DNA of 63,582 nt, filler included, from Kipferlia bialata (lineage: Eukaryota), in the NCBI GenBank assembly GCA_003568945.1. It is 6 parts of 6 records of this genome, joined end to end, with 100 filler letters (N's around TTAATTAATTAA, not from the genome) between each part and the next. Parts side by side here need not be neighbours in the genome. Positions count along the whole stretch, not along the records: positions 1 to 14,496 come from BDIP01000810.1; 5 more parts are not named here. One strand, given 5' to 3'. Under the pieces are notes generated by a model, which was not told the origin of the DNA, searched no databases, and saw only the letters and a list, made by a program, of their open reading frames with translations. The first letter of the stretch is position 1. The number at the start of each line of letters is the position of its first letter. The position numbers and the translations under genes were made by a program. Positions 1-14,439 of the stretch are shown in pieces.

Positions 1-1403
1 TACATAGAGATGCATAGCCTTTGGCGAGGTCGGCAAGACCAGGAAGAAGAAGGTACATACATGTAGTAATATATATATATGTATATATATATGTATATAT
101 TTTTATATAGATTTATATATAGATAGTATTAATGATAATTATTACCCACTTACTAATACTCCAGGAGGCCAGTGTCCTAGGTGGTTATTCTATATTCCAT
201 TATAATACAGTATTTGTAGAAATACTTATATACATATGTATATATATACTTATACATTTCCTGATGCCAGGAGGCCAGTGCCCTGGGTGCCAATGACCCC
301 CACATCCTGGACTACTACCAGAGGTACTGTATTCCTATATATATATATATATATTAATTCATATACTAATGTATTAATATGTATATATTGAGGGGTACTT
401 GACTATGGGATAGACACGCACATCCTGGACTACTACCAGAGGTACTTATATATGCATATATATATATATATATAATCTCATGAATTGTGTATATAAGTAT
501 ATATATTATTACCCCCACATCCTGGACTACTACCAGAGGTACTGAGATACACATGTATATGATGAGTGTATGTATGTATTTCTAAATTCACTGTGGGCTA
601 GATTCCCACATCTAGGACTACTACCAGAGGTACAGTGATATATATATAATCATATATATATATAATCATATGAATTGTGTAAATAACTATATATATATTA
701 TTACCACCACATCCTGGACTACTACCAGAGGTGCTTTGATGTATACTTATGTCTTTCGTATATATGTATACTAATGTATATACATATATAATATTTGAAT
801 TATGTGTTGTTATAGATGCATATTGAGGGGTACTATTGGATATACCCCCTCATCATGTTCCAGTTTTAGAGCTACCCTTATCACGCCTCTCTCTCTCTAT
901 TTATGATCGCTTTTACTATTGTACATACAGTATGTCTTTCTCTCTGATTTCAGACCCACAGTGTATACAGTCATGTATATATGTGTGTATGAATATATAC
1001 TGTATCTATGTGGATGTATGTCTTACTCCCAGGTCCACCCCCGAGACCGTCTCCTTCACTGTCAAGCTGGCACCTGGGGATCTCGACAGACTCAAGGTGG
1101 GTATATATATATACCTATATATACATATCTATCTATAATACATATATATATATATATATGTATATATCTACGTATGGAGTGATATAGATACCTGGGGATC
1201 TGGACAGACTCACGGTGGGTATATACAAAATGTATGGAGTGATAGACTCAAGGTGTGTATTTATGTTTATGGAGGGATTCTTCTCTTCTTTAGAGATGGT
1301 GACATGAGGGATTTTGAGTAGAATCTGTGGTTATGTCGATATAGTCATGTATATGTTACATGAGATCTGCTTATCCACAGGCTCTGCCATGAGATGTACT
1401 GAT

Positions 1404-1438
<35 letters not shown>

Positions 1439-2050
1439 CCATCAGCTGTACTTATCCCTAGGCCCTGCCAGGTGGTGTCGAGAAGGCCTTCAAGCTGACT
1501 GGATCAGTGCCCATCTCCAACATGTAAGTTGGCACAAGTACATACATAGCACTCTTTTTTATATGTTTAATCTGTGTACATAATTGATTAATTATTGTAC
1601 GTGCCCATCTCCAACATGTTCGTGGACACAAGTACATACCACTCTATGTCATCTCATCATGGTGGATCAATACATATCTGTCGTCGCGTTTCTTCTGTGT
1701 GTTGTGTTGTCTATGATAAATCACTGAAATGTACATATACATATATGTATGCATGCATGTCTTTCAAACCCCAGGTACCTCTTTGACTTTGTTGTATTCT
1801 GTAATTACGTGTATACCTCATTATTATTATTCACCCCCAGGTACCTCTTTGACGAGAGGGGCAGACTGCAGCTAGTATGTATTGCTCCTCCCTATTGTAT
1901 AGTGATGTGATTGTACATTATGTCAATGTATATATTCTATTGCCCCACCCCCAGGTACCTCTTTGACGAGAGGGGCAGACTGCAGCTCTTCCACACACCA
2001 GGGGCCATCATTGACAGATTCTTCAGGTATTTGCATGTATATACATGCAT

Positions 2051-2095
<45 letters not shown>

Positions 2096-2618
2096 AGTAT
2101 ATGCGTGTGTGTGTGAATAAGTATATATATGTATATAACCATGGGCCATCATGACATATTCTTCAGGTGCTATGTGTATATATATGTTGTTTCAATTGTG
2201 TTTTCAAGTTGGATGGGTTATTAATGGACTGTGTTAGGTACAGTGGATGTCTAGTCTTATATGCCTATATACACCCAGTGTCAGGACGCTCTATCTATGA
2301 CATATAAATTTGCATATATATGAGTGTTTGGGTTAGTATCTTATCATGTCTGACCCCCAGGGTCAGGAGGAGAGGCTACGAGGAGAGGAAGAGAGGACAG
2401 CTCATTGGCCTGGTGAGTACTATATAGGGAATGTGACCCTAAACACTCATAAAGAGTGTATATATTTATATTATATGTATCTGAGTGTTTTATCATCCTG
2501 GTGAGTTTGACTGTCCTACTTGGCTATCTACTATGATCCAGGTATTTGTATACATCTCTCCCATCCTGACCCCAGGTGAGGACTGACCCATATTGTACAT
2601 ATGTAGTATATACATGTC

Positions 2619-2653
<35 letters not shown>

Positions 2654-5600
2654 TCTGACCCCAGGTGAGGAAGGCAGCAGAGAGCAGGGCCAAGGAGAGG
2701 TTCATCAGAGAGGTGGGTGTAGAATAATGTATCGGATTAGGAACTAATTTTGTCTTATATAGTATTGTATCCTGACCCCCAGATCATTGACCAGACCCTG
2801 CATGTCATAAGTAAATATATATAAGACACATTGATATATTGTGTATTACTCCTGACCTATAGATCATTGACCAGACCCTGCACGTGATGAGGAGACCCGA
2901 GGCTGACATCACCTCAGACCTCTGGGACAGGGGGTATGCAGTGCACCAGGTACTCTCTCTATCTCTATCGATTTCTCTCTCTCTCTCTCTCTATGTATAT
3001 ATATATGTTACTATATGTATGTATACATATGGATGTGTATCCGACCTGGGGGACAGGGGGTATGCAGTGCACCAGGTACAGTATGTATATATATTTGTAT
3101 GTATGTGTGGATATTAGCCGTCATTAAATGGTATTGCCTTTGAAATTTTGAATCTATATCTATATATATACATGTATATGTATCCCCATTCACCCCTCTG
3201 ACCCCTCAGGACACTGCCTCCGAGCTTCTGGGCACCGAGCACAAGGTATGCTGGGAGTGGTGTATAGACATACATGTAGATACTATATATATAAACCCTT
3301 TGTATTACTGTAAGTTACTATATATATATACTACATTTTTACACATATACATGTATACATGTCCTTACAGCAGGTTGCCTCTGACTCTGTTGGCGATGAG
3401 GAGGCAGATGGCACCAGAGAATACACATATATACATATATACATTCACTCTATATATATGTATATACGTATACCCCTTATGTTGACAGGTTGCCTCTGAC
3501 TCTGTGGGTGATGAGGAGGCTGATGGCACAAGGGTGCACAAGATACTCAAGAGAGTACCTGAGGCAGCTGTGCGGTCACAGGGTTAGTATCAGTATATAT
3601 ACAGATAGTATGCATACAGTGAGTATAGTATATGATATATATTTGTATTGTATATATATATATATGTAGGAGTGTGTACTCAAGAGAGCACCTGAGGCAG
3701 CAGTCAGATCCCAGGGTGAGTTGTATATGTATATATATATATGCTAGCTTATCTATTGTCTTATGCAGCTACGAGTACCTCCTCAAGATATATAGTTAAA
3801 TATACATAAGAGCATTTCATGTATGTATATATACATGTGTAGTCCCACCCCCAGGCGACGAGTACCTGCGCAAGATATATATATATATATATATATATAG
3901 TAATATATAACTGTATACCTCTTCTAACTAACCCATGCTACGAGTACCTGCTCAAGATATATAGTAGAATATATATAGTAACTACCTATGGGAGTGGTTT
4001 AAGCATTGTGTCGCATATATATATATATGCATGTGTATGTATTATTGTTCCCACCCCCAGGCTACGAGTACCTGCTCAAGATGCCTGATGAATATGCATA
4101 GTTTAGATTATTTACTAGTATATAATGCAACTATATTCCTCTTACTAACTAGCATATGGTACTAATATATATACCTCTTACTAACCCAGGCTACGAGTAC
4201 CTGCTCAAGATGCCTGTCCGGTCATTCACAACTGAGAAGGCAGAGAAGCTGGCGGAGGAGGTCAGGTACTCTATCACGTGCATATATAGTATATGTCACG
4301 CAAGACTATTCAACAGCACTTGTGTACTCTTTTACGTATATATTATGTCTCTCTATACTCACCTCTAACCTCCCTATGCAGGTCGAGGCTAAATGACAGT
4401 ATTTCTAGTATTCATGTGTACTCTCTATTTACTTCTTACGTCTCTATATACTCTATCTGTATATCACCTCTACCCCCCTATCCTAGTTTCTAACCCCCCT
4501 AGGCAGGTCGAGGCTGAGCTGGAGTGGCTCAAGAAGAGGACCACGGAGGAGGTATGGGTTATGTATCAATATGTCCATGATATATATATATATATATATA
4601 TATGTATGTGATATATATATATATATATATTGGAGTGGCTCAAGAAGAGGACCACGGAGGAGGTACTATTTACATAGAAATACGTTTCTATACATATATG
4701 CCTTGATGCGGCAAGTATATCAATTGTATTTATGAATATATGTACCCTATATTAATGTACCCTCACTCTAGATGTGGCTGTGGGACCTTGCCAAGCTGGA
4801 GCTGGGTCTGGAGGCCATAGACCACGACACCTACAAGGAGGTCAAGATCAAGGTGTGTGAAGGGCAATATGATATTACTAATATCACAGTAGCCTTTATT
4901 TAATCGATATAGTATTTGTATCAATATGTTTGAATGCCATTCTCTATCCAACCAACTAGGACGAGGTCCTTGAGCCACATTTCTATATTCTGAACTGAAA
5001 TATATATGCCTATATATGTGTACACTTCTCTGTCCTTACCCCAGGACGAGGCCGTTGAGCTCAGGGAGCAGACTGTCCGTGCAGAGCTGATGAGGTATAT
5101 ATATATATACATATATTTACTCCATACATATGGATGTAGTGTTAATGCGTGGATTCGCGCATAGTAGTATTTGTTCCGTATATCGAGATTCATTGTCTCT
5201 AAGCCCTCAGGGAGAGAGAGAGAGGCCCTGATGAGGCAGCAGCCATCAGAGAGAGAGAGAGGGTCATTGGACAGACACCAGAGAACATCGGGAAGGTTTG
5301 TTTAGTAGCAGTCGACATATCAATTGTATTTTCATACACCCTTTATGTTGCCACTCTCCTTTAACGTCAGGTAGGTCTCTGTATACATTAGGGTTCTCTC
5401 TCTCCTCATATACTCCTCACCTTACGTCAGGTTTGTCGATTGTCTATCCAATTAGGCAAACTGTATTGGAGCCTCCTCTCTTTGTATGTTGTTTTCTCTC
5501 TCAATTAACGTCAGGGCGGTCTCTTCACCGTCCCAGATGCCATCACACCCACTGTCAAGAGAGAAGTGAAGGTGGAGGTCAAGAAGGAGCCTGCCAAGAA

Positions 5601-6396
5601 GGCTACCAAGAAGGGAGCCAAGGTAAATATATATATATATATAATATATACATATATATATATATGTAATATCCATTATGACACACCCAATGTTAAGAGG
5701 GAGGTGAAGAAGGCAGCCAAGAAGGGAGCCAAGGTGGGTATATTACACTCAATATTATACTTTCTATTCATTGTTGAATATATACATATACAAGGATACG
5801 GCGGCCAAGAAGGGAGCTAAGGTATCATCCAAGAGAATATGTATTCACTGATGTAACTAAACATATTTTCAAATCTGAAATATTCACAAGAGATCTCTGA
5901 TATACTTAGTATGACTCCTCAATGTATACTTGCACCCAGGCACCCCCCTCCAAGAGAGTTCCCTCTCCTTCCCCATCCCCTGAGGCATCACCCTCTGAAG
6001 GCACGGAATATATATACATATAGATGTATTCATAGGAATAGAGGGGAGGAGAGATGTATGTGTACAAATGTACGGAAAGAGAGGAAGAGGGGACCTTCTA
6101 GTAGCCAATGTGTGTTGTACAACTGAACTCAGTCCAGTCTCTGTTGGATCTTTGATATACGTGTAATTTATATATTTACAGAGCCCCCCTCATTCCAGCC
6201 GTTGACTCTGTGTGGGCCGACATCCTGACCCCTGTCAAGCAGCCCAGAGCAAAGCCTAGGGGGAAGGTATGTACATAGTATATAGTATATAGTATATAGT
6301 ATATAGTATATAGTATATATATAATAGTGTGTTTATAGTATAGTATGTATTATATAGAATATAGCAAAGCCTAGGGGGAAAGTATATATGTATACA

Positions 6397-6434
<38 letters not shown>

Positions 6435-9400
6435 TAGTGTCTCACCCTCAGACGACCATCCCAGTAAAGAAGGCACCTGCCAAGAAGGCTCCTGCCCCCA
6501 AGAAGGTATTATATATATATGTATGTATAAATATGTGTATGCTGAGAAGATATAGTAGATTTTTCAGTACTAATAATGTTTATACATACATAGCTCCTGC
6601 GCCCAAGAAGGTATGTTATGCCTATTAACTCATTGATACATATGCTGATGCCAGGGCCTGCAAATACCCGCATATATATGTGTGTATATGAACATACTCA
6701 TATACATACCCCCCCCTACCCCAGGCCCCTGCCAATACCTATGTAATGTATATAATATATACATGTATATATGTATATGTATACTGTCTCATCCTAGGCC
6801 CCTGCCAAGAGGAAGCCTGTCCAGCCAGAGCCTGAGCCAGAGAGTGAGGAGGAGGTACTCATATACAGTATATATTATTGTACTAGTATATATTCATGTA
6901 GAGTATTGTGAAGTAAAACTCTTAGAGAGTGAGGAGGAGGTACTCCCATATATGCATTTGTCTACAGATACTATATATAATATATAATATATATATACTT
7001 TATTACACTTCAGTCTAACCCCAGTCCATGAGGTACTCCCATATGCAGTGTACTATATATACTACATATAATATATACTATATACTATATATACTATATA
7101 CTATACTACACTTCTCTCTCACCCCAGTCCATGAGTGACTCATTCGTTATACATATATATGTGATGTGAATGGTATATTTTATACATATTCATTTAGTGT
7201 CTAATACATATACTATACATATACATGTAAGTGTCTCACCCCAGTCCATGAGTGACTACGGCAGTGCCCAGGAGGACACACCCATCCAGGTATCTATATA
7301 TATATATATGCATGTATATATATATATATGCATGTATGGATATGTGTGTGTGTGAATGTGTGTTCATGTATACAGTGCCCAGGAGGACACGCCCATCCAG
7401 GTATGTATATATTTATATATATATCTTATACCTTATACCTTGTATATATAATACATTATATACCCTCACCCCCAGCCCCGCAAGAGACCCATCAGGGAGA
7501 GAGGGGAGGAGGAGAGTGAGAGTGAGGCCGAGTCCGACTCTGACGAGGACGGATACGTGCCACAGCCCAGACAGCCCAGGCCCTCGAGGTAAGTAACCTG
7601 TATACTATATATCATATTGTATCCACTAAGGTTATATATTCATGTATATATACATGTATATATATATATTGGTGCCCCAGCCCAGACAGCCCAGGCCATC
7701 GAGGTACACTCTTATTGCTATTGATAGAATGTGTATTCTATGTAACCTATTGTACACGTCATGTTAATTTCTGGTACCCAACCCCATGCAGGCCCTTCTT
7801 AGACCCTCGAGGTACACTATTTATAGGACTTACAGCATATGTATACTTGTATTCAATATCCTCTTACCCACCTCAGGAGAGGTGCCCGTGTCTCCTACAT
7901 ATATACTACCATAATGTATATATACATTATAAATATCTTATACTGTATATATATATATATATATATATATCGTCTTGCCCTAGTATATTAGCTAACACCA
8001 GGAGAGGTGCCCGTGTCCCCTACATTATATAGTATAGTACTCCATAGGCATTTACTATGTGGAGTATATTGTATATGTGTATACTATATATGATAGGATA
8101 TTAATACCAGGAGAGGTGCCCGTGTCTCCTACAAGCCTGTGCAGGATGACAGTGAGACAGAGGACAGTGTGAGTGAGAGTGAGAGTGAGGTTGAGAGCGA
8201 GAGCGAGGTATGGACAGTAATATATCCATATATATGTGTTTTCTCTCTCACCCTAGGAGAGTGGGGGCTAGGTTTGTGATAAACTTGTATGAGAAATTAG
8301 TATATACAGAGTGTTTTCTGATAGACATGCAATGTACCTGTATGTATATCCATGCTCTCTCTCACTCCAGGAGAGTGGTGGCTATGAGCCCACCCCAGAG
8401 GTCAAGAAGAAGGTGGTGAAGAGGGCCAAGCCTGCTCCTAAGGTAGGGTCTTTCATACTACTATTGACGACATCACAATTAGCTTTGCTACTCATTATTT
8501 CTACTTATCTCAGGCCAAGGCCGCTCCCAAGCCTGCTCCCAAGGCCGCTGCCAAGGTGTGTGGTCCCGGAATATGCTACTACCTATATATACTCTGACGC
8601 TCTGCATTCTCTTCTATATATACTAAGCACACCCTCTTCATTCCCTAACCCAGCCTACATATACACACTATACATACTCTTCCTTCTAACCCCCAGCCTA
8701 CCAAGGCCAAGGTGACCAGGCGTGCCCCTCCCCCTCCCCCCGAGGACTCAGAGTCCGAGGAGACACTGGACCTGGTGGTGCGTTTCTAGTATGTACTTAT
8801 TGATAAATGATATTCACTATCCATATCTATATATATGTATATAGTTACTTTGTCCCAGTACGAGTCCGAGGAGACACTGGATCTGGTGGTGCGTTATATA
8901 TATGGATATATATAGTGTTTTCCGAATAGGATCTACACATTTGCAGATGTATTTACCGTATGTTTCACTCTAGATTACTTGCTATCTCTGGTATTGTCCT
9001 TATCACCACTCACCCCCTGGGAGTCTGAAGATGATGTAATTGATAGTTAAGCATGTACATTATATCGTGGCTCATCTCTGTCTTGTTTAGTACTTTTAAC
9101 CCCTAGGAGTCTAGAAGAGATAGCAAAGTATTGTTATATATACTATATCTATGTCTTAATGATACTTACCCCTAGGAGTCCGATGATGAGGATGCATTCG
9201 TATCCCCTGTGGTGCAGAAGAAGGTAGGGATAGGGTGTTTTGAAGTATGAATAGTGTTCCATACAGTATATGTCACAATGACCCATATACCAACATACTC
9301 ATATAACAACAAGAACCCTCTGTTTCCAATCACCCTCATCCTAGGCCCCTGCCAAGAGGTCTCTGGTGAGGAGGAAGGCACCTGTCAAGGTAAGGATATA

Positions 9401-10662
9401 CTATTGATGATGCATGGTATATCCATATAAGCGACTAGGTTATGATGGATTATGAGGAGGAAGGCCCCTGTCATTATATATATCTCTGTCTCGCTCTCTC
9501 TCTCGCTCTATTTACCTATGTATATGTATACAGCTATATTAACCACAGGCCAAGGCCCCAGTGAAGGCCAAGGTATCATACTTCTCTCTCTCCCTCTCTG
9601 CCTATGTATCTTTATAGCTATATATATACTCAACCATACATACTAACCCCACAGGCCAAGGCCCCAGTCAAGGCCAAGCCAGCCCCACAGGTATTATATA
9701 CCTATATACTTGTATGTAACCTACTGTATTGGTGCAGTAGACTGATACTGATACTCTGTAGTTCCCTCACCCCTAGTCGTGCTAAGTATATTTATATGGA
9801 TAGTATGTTCTAATATATGATATATATATATATATATCATATGTATAGTTCCCTCATCCCTAGGCACGCAAGTATATATTATATATATCTATATATATAA
9901 ATATACCTATTCTCACCCCCCAGGCCAAGGGTGCCGCCAAGGCAAGAGCAGCCCCCAAGCCCAAGGTATATATACATACCCCAAGCTATACACCCCTTTT
10001 CAATAATGATACCGTGACATATGTATGTTGATATATGTAGTGTTCCCAAGCCCAAGCCCAAGGTATACATCATGCATATGTACAATATCATGTGTGTATA
10101 GATGTTCTTTCTATTGAGTATACAGCTGTGAATTCATATTTATGGAGTGTAACATGTACATAGTGGTATATATATCATTCTCACACCCAGGATGATGAGT
10201 ACACTGACTCTGACTCGGATGTCGACATGGGCAATGAGCTCCCAAGCGCCAAGGTATACGTTATTGATTAGTGGTTATATATGTGAAAATTCAAATATGT
10301 GTGTATGTGTGCGTGTATACATATGGTATAGAGTTGTGTGTATGTATGTATGTATTCGTTGTTGTCTAACCCCAAGCTCACCATCCGCAACAGACCCTCC
10401 AGAGGCAGGAGGGTGCCCGTGAGGTATGGGTGTGTATGTATTCATAGATGTAGTGATGTATATATGTATATCTATGATTGTATATATTGATATGTGCACT
10501 GACAGTACAGTCTGCCGATGAATACACGGTTATGTCTTCATATATCCAATGAATATGTATATATATGCGTCTAATTCCAGATACACTGTGTCAGACAGCG
10601 AGAGTGAGAGTGAGAGTGAGAGTGGGTACGGAGGGGACGACAGCTTTGAGTACTCTGGATAG
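1..10662 (+). CDS. TOP2: DNA topoisomerase II, 3' part (end of the cleavage core plus a long K/A/P-rich and acidic C-terminal tail), many short exons, 5'-partial
   Basis: Spliced exons read ...[12 protein letters not shown]..., [109 protein letters not shown]. These match the eukaryotic TOP2 motifs N-M-x-L-F-D, R-x-x-x-Y-x-x-R-K, Y-D/E-Y-L-L-x-M and W-x-x-D-L. The last exon 10581-10662 ends in TAG. Confidence 0.9.
298..732 (+). repeat. Exon-end echo array: live exon end plus four intronic copies of CACATCCTGGACTACTACCAGAG|GT, each with a donor GT
   Basis: Unit seen at about 301-325 (live), 419-444, 517-540, 608-631 and 708-732, separated by TA-rich spacers. Confidence 0.9.
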
Positions 10663-11009
10663 AGAGACAGAGAGACAGTAGAGAGGCAGAGAGAGAGAGG
10701 CAGAGAGAGACATATAGAGAGACATTCAACCCCCCCCCCCCCTCCTGTCTCTGCTGCACACACCACCCATAGGCACTCTAGTCTATACCGCAGAGGTCTT
10801 GGGACATCAATAGATTGGTGATCATTATTGTATTCAAATAGACACTGCTTTACAATACCAAATGCTACTAGGTTCTAGTATGTCTTGTAATACACATCCT
10901 ATTCACTGACAATGACATTTACTTGAGTCATCTAACGAATGATAGTAACGTGTTCCAAATGACACTCTCCTATATACTAGGAGAGTCATCAGTTGTCTGA
11001 GTGAGTCTC

Positions 11010-14000
11010 TCACTCCGCCTCCTCGGCCTTAGGCTCAGGGGCCCACAGACCCTTCTTCTTCAGCCTGACAATAAGGGTGTAGAGAGAGAGAGAGAGAGAG
11101 AAAGAGAGTCTGTACTGTGGCATATACACTCTATCCTATACCTGTAGAGAATGCCCTTGGCAGCCACTGGGAGCACCTTATATATATATATAAATACCTT
11201 CATATATATATTCCATACATATACCATATACATATATATATATACATATATATATACTACCTGTACAGAATGCCCTTGGCAGCCACTGGCAGCACAACAA
11301 GTCTGGACAGATCCTCATCAGAGACTGGGGGTGAGACAAAGATATAGATATAGAATCATTGACATATAAGGTATATACATATATACATACAACCAGTGTG
11401 GACAGATCCTCATCAGAGACTGGGGGTGAGCAGCATTCTAAGGAACATATTAATATACAATATACAATAAATATACTGTATATATATATACACTAACGAG
11501 TCTGGACAAATCCTCATCAGAAACTGACGATGAGCATAAGAAGAACATATTATGTACATGAATATACTGCATAGTATACACTATACATACCCTTGAGCTC
11601 CACTCCGTCTGCCTTTGCGTTCTCTCTGATCATGGTGCACAGTCTGTCCACAATGAAGGGGACACAGGCCTCCTCAGTACCTAGAGTGAGAGGAGACGAA
11701 TATTATGTATATACAGAGTGTAATTATATATATATAACTATATATACTACAATTATATGATGTAGGGGACACAGGCATCCTCAGTGCCCGGAGTGAGACA
11801 TATATGATATGTGTATACAACGATCACATATATATACGTAAAGAGAAACGTGATCCTAATACACATGTGCGTGCATGTACTACTAACGAGTGTACCTGGC
11901 AGTCTATAGAAATATATAAATGGGTGTAGGTAATAATGTGAGTAAGATAGTATAGGACAACATATCAGATAGATATAGAGACCGATACACTACCTGGCAG
12001 CTCATCATCTGATCCAATGCGGCAGTATCCGACAATCTGGCGCCTGAAGGATAAGATACGATAAGATACGACAAGATACGATAAAATACGATAAGATACG
12101 ATAAGACTCCATAAGCATGGCAGTTCATCTATAGACAATAATAGAAGAGACAAATCCTTCTCATCATTCCAAAAGACAGGGCTGTGAGACATTGAGTATA
12201 TACGCTAAGGTGAGTGTGTCTTACCTCAGTGCATTGAGAGCTGCCATGACGTCTGGTCCCTCACTGCACTCAAAGTGGGCAGGGCAGAGACGCTGGGGGG
12301 CAATGACCTTGATGTCAGGGATGATACAATGTCTGCCATACATTTATGTATGACACTGATGTCGGGGTTAATGACAAGTGGTTACAATAACACATATACA
12401 ACTGTAATACTAAAATAGTAATTATACATGTCATTATCACATATATTCCATCAGATATAGGTTTTGAAACACCCTTATACCATATGTATTGATATTCACA
12501 CGAGGTGGAAAGGACCTGGGGTTCTGGGAATGTATGGATACAGTATAGGGGTAACAATTGTTATCTATACACATATACATACACCCCATCTCCACCCTGG
12601 AGAGGCTATCCATCCAGGCAGTATACATGCATCAATATCCATATATATCCATATATATAGACATAGATACCCTACCTCCACCCTGGAGAGACTGTCCATC
12701 CAGGCAGCGGGGTCAAACTGGGTGGGGGAGGAGCTGGGGGTCAGCTATGGTACAAGACGTTACAATAATAATGAATACAAGTAAACATATAAATAACCAG
12801 TTGTGTTGTGGGTGGGGGAGGAGCTGGGGGTCAGTACAATATAGGTAAAGCATAAAGATATACTCAATTACTACAAAAGATTTGAATGGATATATGAACT
12901 CACAGTACAACTGGGTAGCTGTCGAGGCTGTTGAGGATGAAATTTACCCCTCTTGCAATAAATATCAATGTATTACATTCTCTACAAGAAATACAGAATG
13001 TAATATATACCACGTACAGTACAACTGGGTAGCTGTCGAGGCTCTTGAGCACAGTGCCTGTGGCATCGCCAGTGAACATGGTCATGCTGGGGTGAGATAG
13101 AATCATGCATATCCATATGAATATATATATGTGTGTGTGTGTGTGTGGTTAGTACTTAGACATTAGTGAACATGGTCATGCTGGGGTGAGATGCTTGCAC
13201 GTATACATATACACAGCATACACGTATTGAACAGAGTGATTAATAATTACATGGTCATGCTGAGGTGCCAACTGCATGTATACATGTATGGAGAAATGGG
13301 GGCTACTCCATTCAGTGGATACATGCACGTATAGAGTAGGAGTGGATATCATATAAAGATGATACCTGCTCCTGTGCAGCCAGCAGCATATACAAGTAAA
13401 AATACAAAATATAGTATATAAATACATACATAATACATATGACATGTACAGAGGTATGGTTGATACCTGGACGGTTACTGTAAATACTTGATTGTGTATA
13501 ATTCAATATAGTACACTTGATACCTGCTCCTGTGCAGCCAGCAGCAGTGGTGGTAGGCGTGGCCGTGCATGTGCAGACACTGAGGGTGAGAACATGATAC
13601 AGGAATATTGATATATGTTATACACTCTACTATGTATATAAATATATACATGGTTCTTGGCATGCATGTGCAGACACTGAGGGGTTGACAATGTTTCAAG
13701 CCAATAGTATGTACTGTAGATAACAAGAGTTACACAAACTCAAAATAAAGAATGTACTACTACAAATATACACAACTCCATGTCTATTCTATGATTATGC
13801 AACTACACACATATACACATACATACATCCATATCCAGTAAGGGGTTCTCCTCTGAGTCCACAGACACACGTATACAAATATACATATATCCATATATAT
13901 GTTCATACAACACTGTATGTACCATACATATATATATATATATGCATATACCTCCATATCCAGGAGTGGGTTCTCCTCTGAGTCCACAGACACATATACG

Positions 14001-14011
14001 TACATATATAT

Positions 14012-14044
<33 letters not shown>

Positions 14045-14439
14045 CATATATGTATGTACCTCCATATCCAGGAGTGGGTACTCCTCTGAGTCCACAGACA
14101 CAGTCTCACTATCGGCAGCACTCCTAGGGGGTGAGAGACACGAATATATCAGAGCATGAGAGAGAGAGAGAGAGAGAGAGAGTAGAATCAGCAGCACTCC
14201 TAGGGGGTGAGAGACACGTATATATACAATATAAATAATATAAATAATACATATAATATATATATCAGAGCATATCAGAGAGAGAGAGAGAGAGAGTAGT
14301 ATCAGCATGTACATACACATATATTACCAAGACATAAACCACCAAGGGAAACAGACGGTGACTGCACGGAAAGAGAGACAGGGTAGACAAAGAGAGAGAG
14401 AGTGCGTGTGTATACCTGCACCGGTCTGCGTCGATGTCC

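Noticed and set aside
298..732. Regularly spaced direct repeats resembling a CRISPR array (also 33760-34390 and 51220-51553)
   Set aside because: The repeats are copies of exon ends plus GT, the spacers are low-complexity and variable in length, no cas genes are present, and the context is eukaryotic.
366..14320. Numerous 60-180 aa ORFs rich in Y/I/C/V or L/S
   Set aside because: Translations of intronic (TA)n, (TG)n and (CT)n microsatellites; only the embedded exon fragments are coding.
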